Below are positions 10,594 through 21,062 of a stretch of 64,000 nt of DNA, in pieces. The stretch covers positions 2,250 to 66,249 of the forward strand of contig CAILKF010000015.1 in the NCBI GenBank assembly GCA_903834705.1. Reading direction: 5' to 3'. Each line of letters starts with the position of its first letter. Within the stretch, counting starts at the first letter, position 1. The stretch comes from an uncultured Actinomycetes bacterium (lineage in GTDB: Bacteria > Actinomycetota > Actinomycetes > Nanopelagicales > Nanopelagicaceae). The notes under the pieces are model-generated. The model was not told the origin of the DNA. It did no database searches and worked only from the letters and a program-made list of their open reading frames with translations. Both the position numbers and the translations under genes were made by a program.

Positions 10594-11526
10594 TTAGGCT
10601 GAAACAGCCGTTGCTCCCGTGGGTGAAATCAATAATTCCTGCGCGGCGAATTGTTCCCCGCCAACTCGGGCTAGTTCAGCAACGTCTTTGGCATCACCTG
10701 TATGCAAGACAAGTACTGATGGCCCTGCACCAGAAATAAATGCCGCAACACCTGCTCCGCGTAATTTATTAACCAAAGCAAAAGATTTTGGCATTACTTC
10801 CTGACGATATCTTTGATGTAAGAAATCTTCAGTGGCGACAAAAAGTAGATCTGATCGATGAGTAAGCGCATGCACTAACAAGGCCGATCTTGTTGAATTA
10901 GCAACTGCATCCGAATGTGGAATTGATTCAGGCAATAAACGCCTTGCCTTTGAAGTGGCTACCGAATGCGTAGGAATAAATGCTAAGGCTTTGATGCGTG
11001 GTTCAACGTTGAGCGCAACTGCACGCGCAACGACATGGCCATGGCGCTCTTCTTGCCAAGCAATTGTTGCTCCGCCATAAAGTGCCGCAGCAACATTATC
11101 TGGATGACCTTCCATCTTTGATGCGAGGTTTAAGAGTTCTTCGTCAACCATGCGTTCGTCACCAGATAAAACAAGTGCTCTTGCAAGAACTAATCCGCCA
11201 ACAATTGCTCCGGCGGATGAACCCAAACCTCGACCGTGAGGAATAACGTTTAGAGCACGCACAGACAAACCTCGAGGTTTCCCTCCCATGAAATCAAATC
11301 CTGCATACATCGCCTTGATAAGTAAATTCTTTTCATCGCGTCGCAATGAATTTGCACCTTCTCCAGCGATATCCATATCTAGTTTTGCTTCGTCAGTAAT
11401 TTGTGCGATGTAGCGATCGTGTAGTCCCAGAGCTAAACCTAAAGAATCAAAACCGGGGCCTAAATTGGCACTTGTTGCTGGCACGTGAATTTGAATTGGG
11501 TTTGCACGAAAAGTTGGCTTAGCCAT
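10594..11526 (-). CDS. thrB: Homoserine kinase
   Basis: 310-aa GHMP-kinase ORF with PATSANLGPGFDSLG and IPHGRGLGSSAGAIV. Confidence 0.9.
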   Translation of the reverse strand: MAKPTFRANPIQIHVPATSANLGPGFDSLGLALGLHDRYIAQITDEAKLDMDIAGEGANSLRRDEKNLLIKAMYAGFDFMGGKPRGLSVRALNVIPHGRGLGSSAGAIVGGLVLARALVLSGDERMVDEELLNLASKMEGHPDNVAAALYGGATIAWQEERHGHVVARAVALNVEPRIKALAFIPTHSVATSKARRLLPESIPHSDAVANSTRSALLVHALTHRSDLLFVATEDFLHQRYRQEVMPKSFALVNKLRGAGVAAFISGAGPSVLVLHTGDAKDVAELARVGGEQFAAQELLISPTGATAVSA

Positions 11527-11535
11527 TGCGCGCTC

Positions 11536-12624
11536 CTAATTCAATCCGAGTGCTTGCGCTGCAACTTTTGCATCTACAGGAACTACAACAGGCTCGGCAG
11601 CGCTATCAAGAGCCCACGCAACATCTTTAAGTCCATGACCAGTCACAGTGATTACGATTTGCTTTCCCTTTGGCAATTTACCCATCTGCTGATATTTAAT
11701 GAGTCCAGCAAGTCCTGCAGCGCTAGATGGCTCAACAAAGACGCCTTCTCTATTAGCAACCAAGTGATAGGCACTTAAAATTTCTTCATCCGTTACCGAA
11801 TCAATTAATCCGCCTGATTCATCGCGAGCCGCAACTGCTTGCTCCCACGAGGCTGGGTTTCCAATTCGAATAGCAGTCGCAATTGTTTCCGGATTCTGAA
11901 CAATCTTTCCCAAAACTATTGGTGCAGAGCCAGCTGCTTGAAATCCCCACATTTTGGGGCGGCGAGAAGTAATCGAGTCATTGCGATATTCGCTATAACC
12001 TTTCCAATAAGCAGTGATGTTTCCTGCGTTCCCCACTGGCAATGCATGAATATCTGGAGCCTCACCTAAGAAATCTACAATCTCGAACGCTGCTGTCTTT
12101 TGTCCTTCAATGCGAAAAGGATTAACTGAATTAACAAGTGCAACAGGATAATTTTCTGAAAGCTCGCGAGCCAAATTTAGGCAATCATCGAAATTGCCAT
12201 CAACTTGCAAAATCTTTGAGCCATGAATTATTGCTTGGGACAATTTCCCCATCGCAATTTTGCCTTGAGGTATAAGGACTGCAGAAATCATTCCAGCTTT
12301 TGCGGCATACGCCGAAGCGCTTGCACTTGTGTTTCCAGTCGAAGCACAGATGACAGCTTTTGCTCCATCTTCTGCAGCTTTAGAAATAGCCATAGTCATT
12401 CCACGATCTTTGAAAGATCCTGTTGGGTTGGCTCCCTCAAATTTGAGCCAAACCTCATTATTCAAAAGGGCAGAAAGATTTGTTGCGTGAATCAAAGGCG
12501 TACCGCCTTCACGCAAGGTAATTACTGGCGTCTTAGAAGAAACTGGCAAGCGATCGCGATATTCCTCAATTACTCCACGCCACTGATGTGCGCCAGAACC
12601 CTTTTTTCCAAAGAGGCTTTTCAT
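11536..12624 (-). CDS. thrC: Threonine synthase
   Basis: 362-aa ORF with the PLP-lysine motif [12 protein letters not shown], plus [15 protein letters not shown]. Confidence 0.93.
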   Translation of the reverse strand: MKSLFGKKGSGAHQWRGVIEEYRDRLPVSSKTPVITLREGGTPLIHATNLSALLNNEVWLKFEGANPTGSFKDRGMTMAISKAAEDGAKAVICASTGNTSASASAYAAKAGMISAVLIPQGKIAMGKLSQAIIHGSKILQVDGNFDDCLNLARELSENYPVALVNSVNPFRIEGQKTAAFEIVDFLGEAPDIHALPVGNAGNITAYWKGYSEYRNDSITSRRPKMWGFQAAGSAPIVLGKIVQNPETIATAIRIGNPASWEQAVAARDESGGLIDSVTDEEILSAYHLVANREGVFVEPSSAAGLAGLIKYQQMGKLPKGKQIVITVTGHGLKDVAWALDSAAEPVVVPVDAKVAAQALGLN

Positions 12625-13922
12625 TATTGTGCAGCCCCCTCAACTCGAATAACACTTTCAACGCTACGAACCATCTCCATTTGAGTGAGATGTTTAACGG
12701 TTGATGAAAGAGCGGCCTCCGTAGCGTTGTGAGTAACAATAATAAGTTCGGCCTCAGCCCCACGCCCCGTTTGGCGAACAGTTTGAATTGAGACTTTTTC
12801 GGTAGCAAATGCTTGTGCAATTGCTGCCAAAACGCCCGATTTATCAGCAACATTGAGGCGAATCAAATACTTAGTTTTTGTTTGCCCAATTGGCACAATA
12901 GCGCGATCTGCATAGTCACTTTCACGTGGGCCAAGTGCTCCAACAGTGCGGTGCCTAGCAACAGCTACAACATCACCAAGAATTGCACTTGCAGTTGGGG
13001 CTCCACCTGCACCTCGTCCATAAAACATTAACTCTCCGGCAGATTCCGCTTCAACAAATACTGCATTGAAAGCGTCACGAACGGCAGCTAATGGATGTGT
13101 CCTAGGAATCAGTGCAGGATGAACGCGAACGGAAATTTGATCATCGGGAGTCAATTCTGCAATTGCTAAAAGCTTAATGACATGGTCCATTGATTTCGCT
13201 ACTGAAACATCTGTTGCCGTAATTGAAGAAATTCCTTCGCGATGGACATCCTCTGCAGTTACGCGAGTATGAAAAGCGAGTCCTGCCAAGATTGCCGCTT
13301 TTGCAGCAGCATCAAAACCTTCTATGTCGGCTGTCGGATCTGATTCGGCGTATCCAAGTGACTGAGCTTCTGCCAACACATCATTGAATGCGCGACCTTC
13401 TTCATCCATCTTGGTCAAAATATAATTTGTTGTTCCGTTAACGATGCCCATAATGCGCTTAACGTGGTCGCCAACGAGAGACTCGCGAAGTGGGCGCAAA
13501 ATTGGAATTGCTCCTGCGACAGCTGCTTCGTAATACAGATCGACTCCTGCCTTATCGGCAGCACTGTAAAGGTCTGAACCATGGGTAGCTAAGAGCGCTT
13601 TATTAGCAGTGACAACTGATTTGCCGTGAGCAAATGCTTGAAGAATAAGTTCGCGTGCTGGCTCAATGCCACCCATAACTTCTATAACGATATCAATTTC
13701 AGGATCAGTAACAAGTGATTGCGCATCTAAGGTAAATAGTGATGCATCAAGACCTTCACGTTTCGACTTCATGTCGCGCACGGCAATTTTTGAAAGTACT
13801 AACTGCGCACCAGAACGAGTAGAAAGTTCGCGCGCATCATCCTTAAGAAGTCGGGCAACCTGGCTGCCAACGACTCCACAGCCCAACATGCCGATTTTTA
13901 GAACGGGCAACGACGAATTCAT
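12624..13922 (-). CDS. hom: Homoserine dehydrogenase with a C-terminal ACT domain
   Basis: 432-aa ORF with the NAD motif [13 protein letters not shown], plus [10 protein letters not shown] and [14 protein letters not shown]. Confidence 0.93.
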   Translation of the reverse strand: MNSSLPVLKIGMLGCGVVGSQVARLLKDDARELSTRSGAQLVLSKIAVRDMKSKREGLDASLFTLDAQSLVTDPEIDIVIEVMGGIEPARELILQAFAHGKSVVTANKALLATHGSDLYSAADKAGVDLYYEAAVAGAIPILRPLRESLVGDHVKRIMGIVNGTTNYILTKMDEEGRAFNDVLAEAQSLGYAESDPTADIEGFDAAAKAAILAGLAFHTRVTAEDVHREGISSITATDVSVAKSMDHVIKLLAIAELTPDDQISVRVHPALIPRTHPLAAVRDAFNAVFVEAESAGELMFYGRGAGGAPTASAILGDVVAVARHRTVGALGPRESDYADRAIVPIGQTKTKYLIRLNVADKSGVLAAIAQAFATEKVSIQTVRQTGRGAEAELIIVTHNATEAALSSTVKHLTQMEMVRSVESVIRVEGAAQ

Positions 13923-13934
13923 GTGCTTACTCTT

Positions 13935-15254
13935 TCACACATCGAGGCCGAGAAGATCGGCTTCGGTTTCCCGACGGACAATTACACGGGCTTTCCCTTT
14001 GGAAACGGCAACGACGGGTGGCCTTGGAACATGGTTGTAGTTGCTAGCCATACTTCGACCATAAGCCCCAGTTGCAGGAACAGCTAAAAGATCTCCTGGA
14101 ACACAATCTACCGCGAGAGCAATATCTGAAATAACTATGTCTCCAGTTTCGCAATGTTTGCCTACTACTCGCGATGATGTTGTTGGCGCAGCAGACTGAC
14201 GATTAGCGATGATTGCTGTGTATACGGCCCCATACAAACTCGTACGAATGTTATCGCTCATTCCACCATCGACTGAAATGTAATTGCGCGCTTCGCCCGA
14301 TTCGCGAACAACTTTCTTCGTTGTACCGACTTCGTACAAAGTAAACATTGTTGGGCCGACAATTGCCCTGCCTGGTTCAATTGAAACTTTAGGAATTTTC
14401 AAATTATGTTTTGCACAGGCAGCTTGCACTGCCTTGTGTAGTGAAGGCAAAACAACTTCTGGCAAAAGCGCTTCATCGCTTTCTAAATATGAAATTCCAT
14501 AACCGCCACCAAGATCGAGTTCTGGTAGTTCGACTTTGAATTCATCGCGATAACGCGCAAGGAATGCAATGAGGCGATCGGCTGCCGTATCGAAAGCATC
14601 CATCGAAAAAATCTGTGAACCTATATGGCTATGAAATCCTCTCAGCTCTATTTCTGAATGTTCTCGCACTGCAAGAACCGCATCCCAAGCTGACCCACTT
14701 GCGATAGAAAATCCAAACTTCACATCTTCATGAGCAGTTGCTATCGACTCGTGTGTGTGGGCTTCAATGCCGGGTGTGAGGCGAAGTAAAATTCTTTGCT
14801 TCTTCCCATGGGCTTTGGCTGCATTAGCAATGCGTTCAATCTCAAAGAGGGAATCAGCAACAATTGTTCCAACTCCCAAGCGCACTGCTTCGTTTATTTC
14901 AGCAACAGATTTGTTGTTACCATGAACTTCAATTCGTTCGACAGGAAATTTTGCGGCAACTGCCACAGCAAGCTCTCCGCCTGTGCAAACATCAAGTCCG
15001 ATTCCAGATTCCGCTAACCAGCGTGCAACTTCGACGCATAAAAATGCTTTTCCGGCGTAATAGACATGTCCGGCATCAGCTCCGAAAGCGCCATTAAGTG
15101 CACTTCCCCATGTTTTTGCTCGATTACGAAAGTCATCTTCGTCAAGAAAAAAGGTTGGAGTGCCAAAGTCTTTTGCTAAAACAGTTGCTGATATTCCACT
15201 TAGATGGAGCTCGCCATTCGAGAATGAAACGTTTGTAGACCATACATTTGACAT
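13935..15254 (-). CDS. lysA: Diaminopimelate decarboxylase
   Basis: 439-aa ORF with YAGKAFLC (PLP Lys), HSHIGSQIF, LDLGGGYGISY and GKHCETGD. Confidence 0.93.
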   Translation of the reverse strand: MSNVWSTNVSFSNGELHLSGISATVLAKDFGTPTFFLDEDDFRNRAKTWGSALNGAFGADAGHVYYAGKAFLCVEVARWLAESGIGLDVCTGGELAVAVAAKFPVERIEVHGNNKSVAEINEAVRLGVGTIVADSLFEIERIANAAKAHGKKQRILLRLTPGIEAHTHESIATAHEDVKFGFSIASGSAWDAVLAVREHSEIELRGFHSHIGSQIFSMDAFDTAADRLIAFLARYRDEFKVELPELDLGGGYGISYLESDEALLPEVVLPSLHKAVQAACAKHNLKIPKVSIEPGRAIVGPTMFTLYEVGTTKKVVRESGEARNYISVDGGMSDNIRTSLYGAVYTAIIANRQSAAPTTSSRVVGKHCETGDIVISDIALAVDCVPGDLLAVPATGAYGRSMASNYNHVPRPPVVAVSKGKARVIVRRETEADLLGLDV

Positions 15255-15259
15255 AACAG

Positions 15260-16957
15260 TTACATCCTCTCAGGCGCACTGACGCCAAGTAAATTTAGGC
15301 CATTTGCTATAACTTGTTTGGTTGCATTACATAAGTTTGCACGAGCAGAGTGTGTAGCAGTGGCTACTTCATCCCCAAGCGGCAAAACTCTGCAATCTGC
15401 ATAGAATCCATGATAAACGCCAGCGAGTTCTTCCAAGTAACGGGCAATGCGGTGCGGCTCTCGCATTTCTGCAGAACCGGCGACGACGCGAGGGAATTCG
15501 GCAAGCGCCCCCAAGAGTTCATTCTCACGATCATGCACCAATAGAGCTGGGTCAAAATCAGCAAGTGAATATTTAATATTCAATTCATCTGCATTCCTCA
15601 AAACTGCAGAGATGCGAGCGTGTGCATATTGAACGTAAAAAACCGGGTTGTCGTTCGTGCGCTTCTTTAAAACATCAACATCGAGAACCATTGGCGAATC
15701 AACTGGATAGCGAATTAACGTATAGCGAGCTGCATCCACTCCAACTTTTTCAACTAAATCTTCTAAAGTGATAATTGTTCCAGCACGCTTTGAAAGTTTG
15801 ACCTCTTCGCCACCTTCCATAATCATTACTAGCTGGCCAATCAGAACGTGGATGTTGTAGTTAGGGTCATCGCCAGCGCAGGCGGAAATTGCCTTGAGTC
15901 GGTTCACGTAACCGTGATGATCTGCTCCAAGCATATAAATACAGATATCAAAACCGCGTTCACGCTTATTAATGTAATAAGCGGTATCTGATGAAAAGTA
16001 AGTGAGTTCGCTTCCGCTCTTAACAAGTACACGATCTTTATCGTCGCCAAAATCAGTTGTTCGAAGCCATGTTGCGCCCTCATTTTCGAAAACGTGGCCT
16101 TGCGAGCGCAACTTCTCTAACCCATGTTCTACTGCACCGCTACTGTGCAAACTTCTTTCAGAAAACCACACATCAAAATCAGTTCCAAATTCTTCAAGAA
16201 CCCTCTTTTGATCTGCCAACTGTGCTGTGTATGCCCGCTCACGAAACTCAATTAATTGCTCTCCATCAGGCAAATTCAATATTGACTTATCTGCTTCGAC
16301 TACCGCTTTGGCTAAATCCCCAATGTATGCACCTTGATATCCATTTTCAGGTATGGGTTGACCAAGTGCCGACGCACGAACTGATGCACCGAAAAGATCC
16401 ATCTGATTCCCGCGATCATTTATATAAAACTCCCGTGTCACCGATGCGCCGGCTGCTGTTAAAACTCGTCCTAGCGCATCACCAACTGCTGCCCAACGTG
16501 TGTGACCTAAATGCAATGGTCCAGTTGGATTAGCGCTGATAAATTCCAGGTTGATTGCAACTCCATCAAGAGCGCTTCCGAATCCATATTTTTCTCCCGC
16601 AGTGAGAATCGCATTAACAACTTCACCCTGGCTTGCTCTCTCCAACGTAATATTTATAAATCCTGGCCCCGCAATTTCAACGGAAGCAACTTCCGGCATT
16701 GCCTCTAAATCTCTCTTGAGAAGTTGCGCCACCTCGCGCGGAGTCAGGCCAGCACTTTTAGCAACTTGCAATGCAATAGATGAGGCGTAATCCCCATGAT
16801 CGCGATTTTTTGGTCGTTCCAGAGGAATGGAAGTTGGTAGAGCGCAATCAAGTTCTCCGCGTTCAATGCACCCTTGTAAAGCTGAGGTGATTTTCCTGGC
16901 TAGGAGTTCTGAATGGGAGGACACCTGCACAAGGCTACCGTTTGACGCATACTCCAT
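15260..16957 (-). CDS. argS: Arginine--tRNA ligase
   Basis: 565-aa class I synthetase with SANPTGPLHLGH (HIGH motif) and the C-terminal anticodon-binding region YVQYAHARI. Confidence 0.95.
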   Translation of the reverse strand: MEYASNGSLVQVSSHSELLARKITSALQGCIERGELDCALPTSIPLERPKNRDHGDYASSIALQVAKSAGLTPREVAQLLKRDLEAMPEVASVEIAGPGFINITLERASQGEVVNAILTAGEKYGFGSALDGVAINLEFISANPTGPLHLGHTRWAAVGDALGRVLTAAGASVTREFYINDRGNQMDLFGASVRASALGQPIPENGYQGAYIGDLAKAVVEADKSILNLPDGEQLIEFRERAYTAQLADQKRVLEEFGTDFDVWFSERSLHSSGAVEHGLEKLRSQGHVFENEGATWLRTTDFGDDKDRVLVKSGSELTYFSSDTAYYINKRERGFDICIYMLGADHHGYVNRLKAISACAGDDPNYNIHVLIGQLVMIMEGGEEVKLSKRAGTIITLEDLVEKVGVDAARYTLIRYPVDSPMVLDVDVLKKRTNDNPVFYVQYAHARISAVLRNADELNIKYSLADFDPALLVHDRENELLGALAEFPRVVAGSAEMREPHRIARYLEELAGVYHGFYADCRVLPLGDEVATATHSARANLCNATKQVIANGLNLLGVSAPERM

Positions 16958-17065
16958 GCCTTTGACTTAAGGATTTACAGCGTGAATAAATCCGCATTCG
17001 TTAAATTGCACTAGTTCGTCTAATCTTGCCCTTGTTACATCGGCCTCAAATTGGCCGACGCTCTC

Positions 17066-17149
17066 GCGGGAGTGGTGAAATGGCAGACACGCAGGTCTTA
17101 GGAACCTGTGTCTTCGGACGTGCGGGTTCAAGTCCCGCCTCCCGCACCA
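17066..17149 (+). tRNA. tRNA-Leu (anticodon TAG), class II with a long variable arm and genomically encoded CCA
   Basis: Folded by hand. The acceptor stem is GCGGGAG/CTCCCGC, the anticodon loop is CTTAGGA, the variable arm is GTCTTCGGACGT, and the T arm is GCGGGTTCAAGTCCCGC. Discriminator A and CCA follow at 17146-17149. Confidence 0.9.
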
Positions 17150-17173
17150 GCTTTTAGTTTTATTCGAATGTGA

Positions 17174-18403
17174 TTATTTAATGGTTCCAAATAATTTCTT
17201 AAGCACTGGGACAAACTTCGCAACTTCGATCCAAATCTTTGGTCCACCATGTATTTCATCAGGGACCAAATTTAAGAAACTTTTACCTTTGAGCGCCTTA
17301 ACTTCCTTGTCCAACTCAATCGAATCGTATTTGCTGACTGAGCAATCTGCAGTTCCGTGGAAGATATAGAACACTGGAAGGGATTTTGATGCCTTCAAGT
17401 ATGGATAGAGATTTGCAGAATCTACCGCAGGCCTATTTGCTGGAAGTGTTATATCTCCAAACCAAGGATTTACATTCGGGTCCATGGCAAAGTTTGGATC
17501 AACGGCAACCTGGCATGGATACTTCAAATTGTTCGCCCTCATTGTGAGGAAGTTTACATTTCCAAATAAATCAAATACCGCAGAAACTGAAGCAGAGGTT
17601 TTTAAATTTGGATCTTTTGGATTATCAAATACAGTTTTTTGATTTCCCGTGATAGCGGCCATGAGAGCTAGATAAGAGCCAGCTGAATCACCTAAAGTTG
17701 CAAACTTCTTTGAATCAAAACCATATTTCGATGCGTTGGCCCGCAAGAATCTAATTGAAGTTTTTACATCCCTGCCACCTGTCGGAAATAGTGCTTCCGT
17801 TGCGAGGCGATAATTCACCGATGCAACTGCAATTCCATTTTTAATGAAAACTTCAAGAAGTTTGGCAGGATCATCAAATTTCATGGCGTTCTCATCACCA
17901 AAGATAAATCCACCGCCGTGAATATAAATTAGCAAAGGTGGGTTCTTCACACCTTTTGGCAAATAGATATCCAGTCTCTGACTTGCAGATTCCTTGGAGT
18001 AAACAACATCTTCGAACACGTTCATTTTCGCAAGTGATGAGGCAGGCAATATATATGTGTGGGTAAATTCAATTGTTGGTGCGGTAGGCAGATTCGCTCC
18101 TGAACCTTGTGTATTTGATGTTTGACCACCCGATGATGGAGCACTCGGTGTCGGGAGTGCCTCTCCCTCAATCCACCATTTCTTTGTTCCATTAATCATG
18201 GTGCAAATAAAAGTTTTGCCATTGAATTCACTTATGTTTTTGGTGCCTTCATCGGAATTGGGACAGGTTCTGCCAGGCGCAGGCTGACCTTGTGGGTATC
18301 CATCATCGGGATTGGCACCACTTGCCATTGGAATAAAAATTTGAGAAGTGAGAATGAGAAGTGTAAAAGTTGTAGCAACCTTGTGAAGATTTCTTACATT
18401 CAT
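17174..18403 (-). CDS. Secreted alpha/beta-hydrolase (carboxylesterase/lipase, HGGG type)
   Basis: 409-aa ORF with an N-terminal signal-like helix (TFTLLILTSQIFIPMASG), the oxyanion motif IYIHGGGFIFGD and the nucleophile elbow GDSAGS. Confidence 0.75.
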   Translation of the reverse strand: MNVRNLHKVATTFTLLILTSQIFIPMASGANPDDGYPQGQPAPGRTCPNSDEGTKNISEFNGKTFICTMINGTKKWWIEGEALPTPSAPSSGGQTSNTQGSGANLPTAPTIEFTHTYILPASSLAKMNVFEDVVYSKESASQRLDIYLPKGVKNPPLLIYIHGGGFIFGDENAMKFDDPAKLLEVFIKNGIAVASVNYRLATEALFPTGGRDVKTSIRFLRANASKYGFDSKKFATLGDSAGSYLALMAAITGNQKTVFDNPKDPNLKTSASVSAVFDLFGNVNFLTMRANNLKYPCQVAVDPNFAMDPNVNPWFGDITLPANRPAVDSANLYPYLKASKSLPVFYIFHGTADCSVSKYDSIELDKEVKALKGKSFLNLVPDEIHGGPKIWIEVAKFVPVLKKLFGTIK

Positions 18404-18406
18404 GAC

Positions 18407-18802
18407 TTAAAGTATATCGCTCAGCAACTCTTCAACCCGGCGCTTGATTTCATCTCTAATTTCTCTCACCTTTTCAATTCCTTGGCCTGCCGGATCTTCT
18501 AAAACCCAGTCTTCGTATCGCTTACCCGGATAAAAGGGGCATGCATCGCCGCAACCCATAGTGATTACCACATCAGAACTTTGTACAGATTCTGGAGTCA
18601 AAATCTTTGGAACGTTATGCGCAATATCAATTCCTACTTCAGCCATCGCCTCTACAGCGATTGCGTTTATGGAATCTTTAGGAGCAGAACCTGCTGAAAG
18701 CACTTCTACTTTTCCTGCACCGAGAGTGCGCATAAAACCGGCCGCCATTTGTGAACGGCCGGCGTTATGCACACAAACAAAAAGTACTGTTTTCAAGGTC
18801 AT
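18407..18802 (-). CDS. arsC: Arsenate reductase, LMW-PTP family
   Basis: 131-aa ORF with the CX5R P-loop at Cys10 (VLFVCVHNAGRSQMA) and a downstream Cys pair (MGCGDACPF). Confidence 0.85.
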   Translation of the reverse strand: MTLKTVLFVCVHNAGRSQMAAGFMRTLGAGKVEVLSAGSAPKDSINAIAVEAMAEVGIDIAHNVPKILTPESVQSSDVVITMGCGDACPFYPGKRYEDWVLEDPAGQGIEKVREIRDEIKRRVEELLSDIL

Positions 18803-19453
18803 TTACTTCTTAAGAACCAATTTTGAAGCACCCAGTCCAACAAGTGCCCCAATAAGTTGAGCGATGACAAATAGCCCAACCGAACTTAACGCAATTCCTG
18901 CGTAACTATCGCTGAATGCGCGAGCGAACGTTACTGCAGGGTTTGCAAAAGTTGTAGAGGAGGTAAAGAAATAGGCTGATCCAATCCATGCAGGAACCGC
19001 CCAAAAATGTCCACTGCTTTTGCCGACGTTTGACATTGCAAGAATGACAAAAAGTAATCCTGCGGTGGCAATGATTTCGCTGAAAAATAATGCCGAGCCT
19101 GTTCGCTCATGGGAGGCACTTTCTAAAGCTGAGTGTCCGTACATGAGGTTTGCAATGATTGCTCCAAGAATTGCGCCAACTACTTGGGTGAGAACCATCA
19201 GCGCAGCAACTCCTGCCTTGATTTCCTTAGTTAAAAAAGAGATGAGTGAAACGGCGGGATTAAAATGTGCTCCGCTGATTGGCCCGAGAGTTGCAATAAG
19301 AAGGCCTAAAGCTAAGACCGTTCCTAACATCACGATGATTAACTGGACGCCACCATTGTCAGTGATGCCGGTAGCCATCATTCCTGAGCCAAGGATCGAT
19401 GCACTCAAGACCATCGTTCCTATTAGTTCGGCAAAAAATACGCTTCTCTTCAT
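18803..19453 (-). CDS. MIP-family aquaglyceroporin-like channel (probable arsenite channel)
   Basis: Two NPA boxes are present (HFNPAVS and FANPAVTF). I trimmed the track ORF to the ATG at 19453 (MKRSVFFAELIG), which follows a GAGAGG ribosome-binding site. Its stop codon abuts the arsC start. Confidence 0.82.
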   Translation of the reverse strand: MKRSVFFAELIGTMVLSASILGSGMMATGITDNGGVQLIIVMLGTVLALGLLIATLGPISGAHFNPAVSLISFLTKEIKAGVAALMVLTQVVGAILGAIIANLMYGHSALESASHERTGSALFFSEIIATAGLLFVILAMSNVGKSSGHFWAVPAWIGSAYFFTSSTTFANPAVTFARAFSDSYAGIALSSVGLFVIAQLIGALVGLGASKLVLKK

Positions 19454-19672
19454 ATCTGACCTCTCAATTGCGTGGGTTATATGGAGCAAATCTAACTTCA
19501 AACGATGTCCAAACTATGAACAACACTGGAAGTTTCGGAATTGCCTTCTCGTTTGAACTTATCTGAGGCAATTGCGGATGGTTTGCAGGTACGAAACCCT
19601 CGTGAGAAGTATGAGTGGGACCTTGATAATCTCTGCCAACCCAATACGGCGATGCAGATTGCGAGAAGTCCT

Positions 19673-20983
19673 ATGTCCACTGAATGGTCCTTTGAAACGC
19701 TCCAGATTCACGCAGGTCAAGTTCCTGATCCAACAACAGGTGCGCGAGCACTTCCTCTTTATCAAACTACTGCCTATCAATTCCGCGATACAGAGCACGC
19801 GGCAAATCTCTTTGCTTTAGCTGAACTCGGAAATATTTACACCCGCATCATGAACCCAACGCAAGATGCAGTAGAGCAAAGACTCTCTGCTCTTGAGGGT
19901 GGAGTAGCGTCACTATTAGTTGCATCAGGGTCTGCTGCAACTTCTTTTGCGATCATGAACGTTGCTGAAGCCGGGGATCACATAGTTTCAAGTCCCAGTC
20001 TTTATGGTGGAACTTACAACCTCTTTCACTACACGCTTCCTAAATTCGGTATTGAAGTAACTTTCGTTGAGGACCCAAATGATCTTGAGTCATGGCGCAA
20101 AGCTGTTCGTCCAAATACCAAAGCATTCTTTGGCGAAACAATTGCTAATCCAAAAAATGACATTTTAGATATCCAGGGAGTTTCTAAAGTTGCACATGAA
20201 ATTGGAGTTCCACTCATCGTTGATAACACTGTTGCAACACCATTTGTAATTCGCCCAATTGAGCATGGTGCAGATGTTGTCATCCACTCCGCAACCAAAT
20301 TCTTGTCAGGTCATGGAAATGCAGTGGTTGGCGCAATTATTGATTCAGGAAACTTTGACTATGCAAAGTATCCTGCTCGTTTCAAAAACTTTAATGAGCC
20401 GGATCCAAGTTATCACGGACTGGTTTACGCACAGGCACTTGGAGTTGGAAGCGCCTTCGGTGCAAATTTGTCATACATCTTCAAGATTCGCTTGCAACTT
20501 CTTCGTGACATTGGAGCTGCCGTTAGTCCATTCAATGCATGGTTGTTAGCACAAGGATTAGAAACCTTAAGTTTGCGCATGGAAAGACATTTGGAGAATG
20601 CAAAAGCCGTTGCAACATGGCTTGAATCTCATAAAGATGTAGAAAAGGTAAATTACGCAACTTTAGAATCCTCGCCATGGAACGCACTAGCGAAGAAGTA
20701 TGCGCCAAAAGGTTCTGGTGCAGTTGTTTCTTTCGAGCTCAAAGGTGGAATCGAAGCAGGCAAGAAATTCGTTGAGTCACTTAAACTCTTCAGTCACGTT
20801 GCCAATATTGGTGATGTTCGCTCTCTTGTCATTCATCCCGCATCGACTACCCACTCACAGCTCAGCGCACAGGAACAACTTGATGCAGGAGTAACTCCAG
20901 GGCTTGTTCGTTTGAGTTTGGGGCTAGAAAATATCAACGACATCAAGGCAGACCTTGAAGTTGGGTTCAAAGCATCAAAGTAA
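19673..20983 (+). CDS. metY: O-acetylhomoserine sulfhydrylase
   Basis: The N-terminus MSTEWSFETLQIHAGQVPDPTTGARALPLYQTTAYQF and the PLP-lysine region HSATKFLSGHG support the call. I trimmed the track ORF (19541) to the ATG at 19673, which matches the family N-terminus. Confidence 0.9.
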   Translation: MSTEWSFETLQIHAGQVPDPTTGARALPLYQTTAYQFRDTEHAANLFALAELGNIYTRIMNPTQDAVEQRLSALEGGVASLLVASGSAATSFAIMNVAEAGDHIVSSPSLYGGTYNLFHYTLPKFGIEVTFVEDPNDLESWRKAVRPNTKAFFGETIANPKNDILDIQGVSKVAHEIGVPLIVDNTVATPFVIRPIEHGADVVIHSATKFLSGHGNAVVGAIIDSGNFDYAKYPARFKNFNEPDPSYHGLVYAQALGVGSAFGANLSYIFKIRLQLLRDIGAAVSPFNAWLLAQGLETLSLRMERHLENAKAVATWLESHKDVEKVNYATLESSPWNALAKKYAPKGSGAVVSFELKGGIEAGKKFVESLKLFSHVANIGDVRSLVIHPASTTHSQLSAQEQLDAGVTPGLVRLSLGLENINDIKADLEVGFKASK

Positions 20984-20997
20984 TTTCCGTTCACGGT

Positions 20998-21036
20998 CAA
21001 AACAGGTCATCGCTCAGGCGCGGTGACCTGTTTTGT
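20998..21036. terminator. Hairpin terminator downstream of metY (bidirectional in form)
   Basis: The sequence AAAACAGGTCA-N14-TGACCTGTTTTGTT has A and T tracts on both flanks. Confidence 0.6.
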
Positions 21037-21062
21037 TCAATTGGGGCGTACAGTTCGAAACT

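Noticed and set aside
17066-19501. Possible tRNA-Leu-linked genomic islet carrying the esterase, arsC and aquaglyceroporin genes.
   Set aside because: No integrase is present. I could find no direct repeat of the tRNA 3' end by eye. There are no mobility genes, and the GC content is only slightly lower than the flanks.
19020-19556. 178-aa ORF on the plus strand antisense to the aquaglyceroporin gene. Similar long antisense ORFs occur at 632-1129, 4756-5394, 5986-6450, 30961-31539, 32207-32632, 37486-37923, 47644-48105 and 58496-58918.
   Set aside because: Each lies entirely inside a gene with strong family motifs on the opposite strand. Each has a low-complexity, Ser/Arg/Pro/Ala-rich translation and lacks a ribosome-binding site. 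They are shadow ORFs.
19541-19672. 44-codon extension of metY (TTG/ATG start at 19541).
   Set aside because: MetY family N-termini begin close to the FETLQIHAG motif. The extension has no family similarity.
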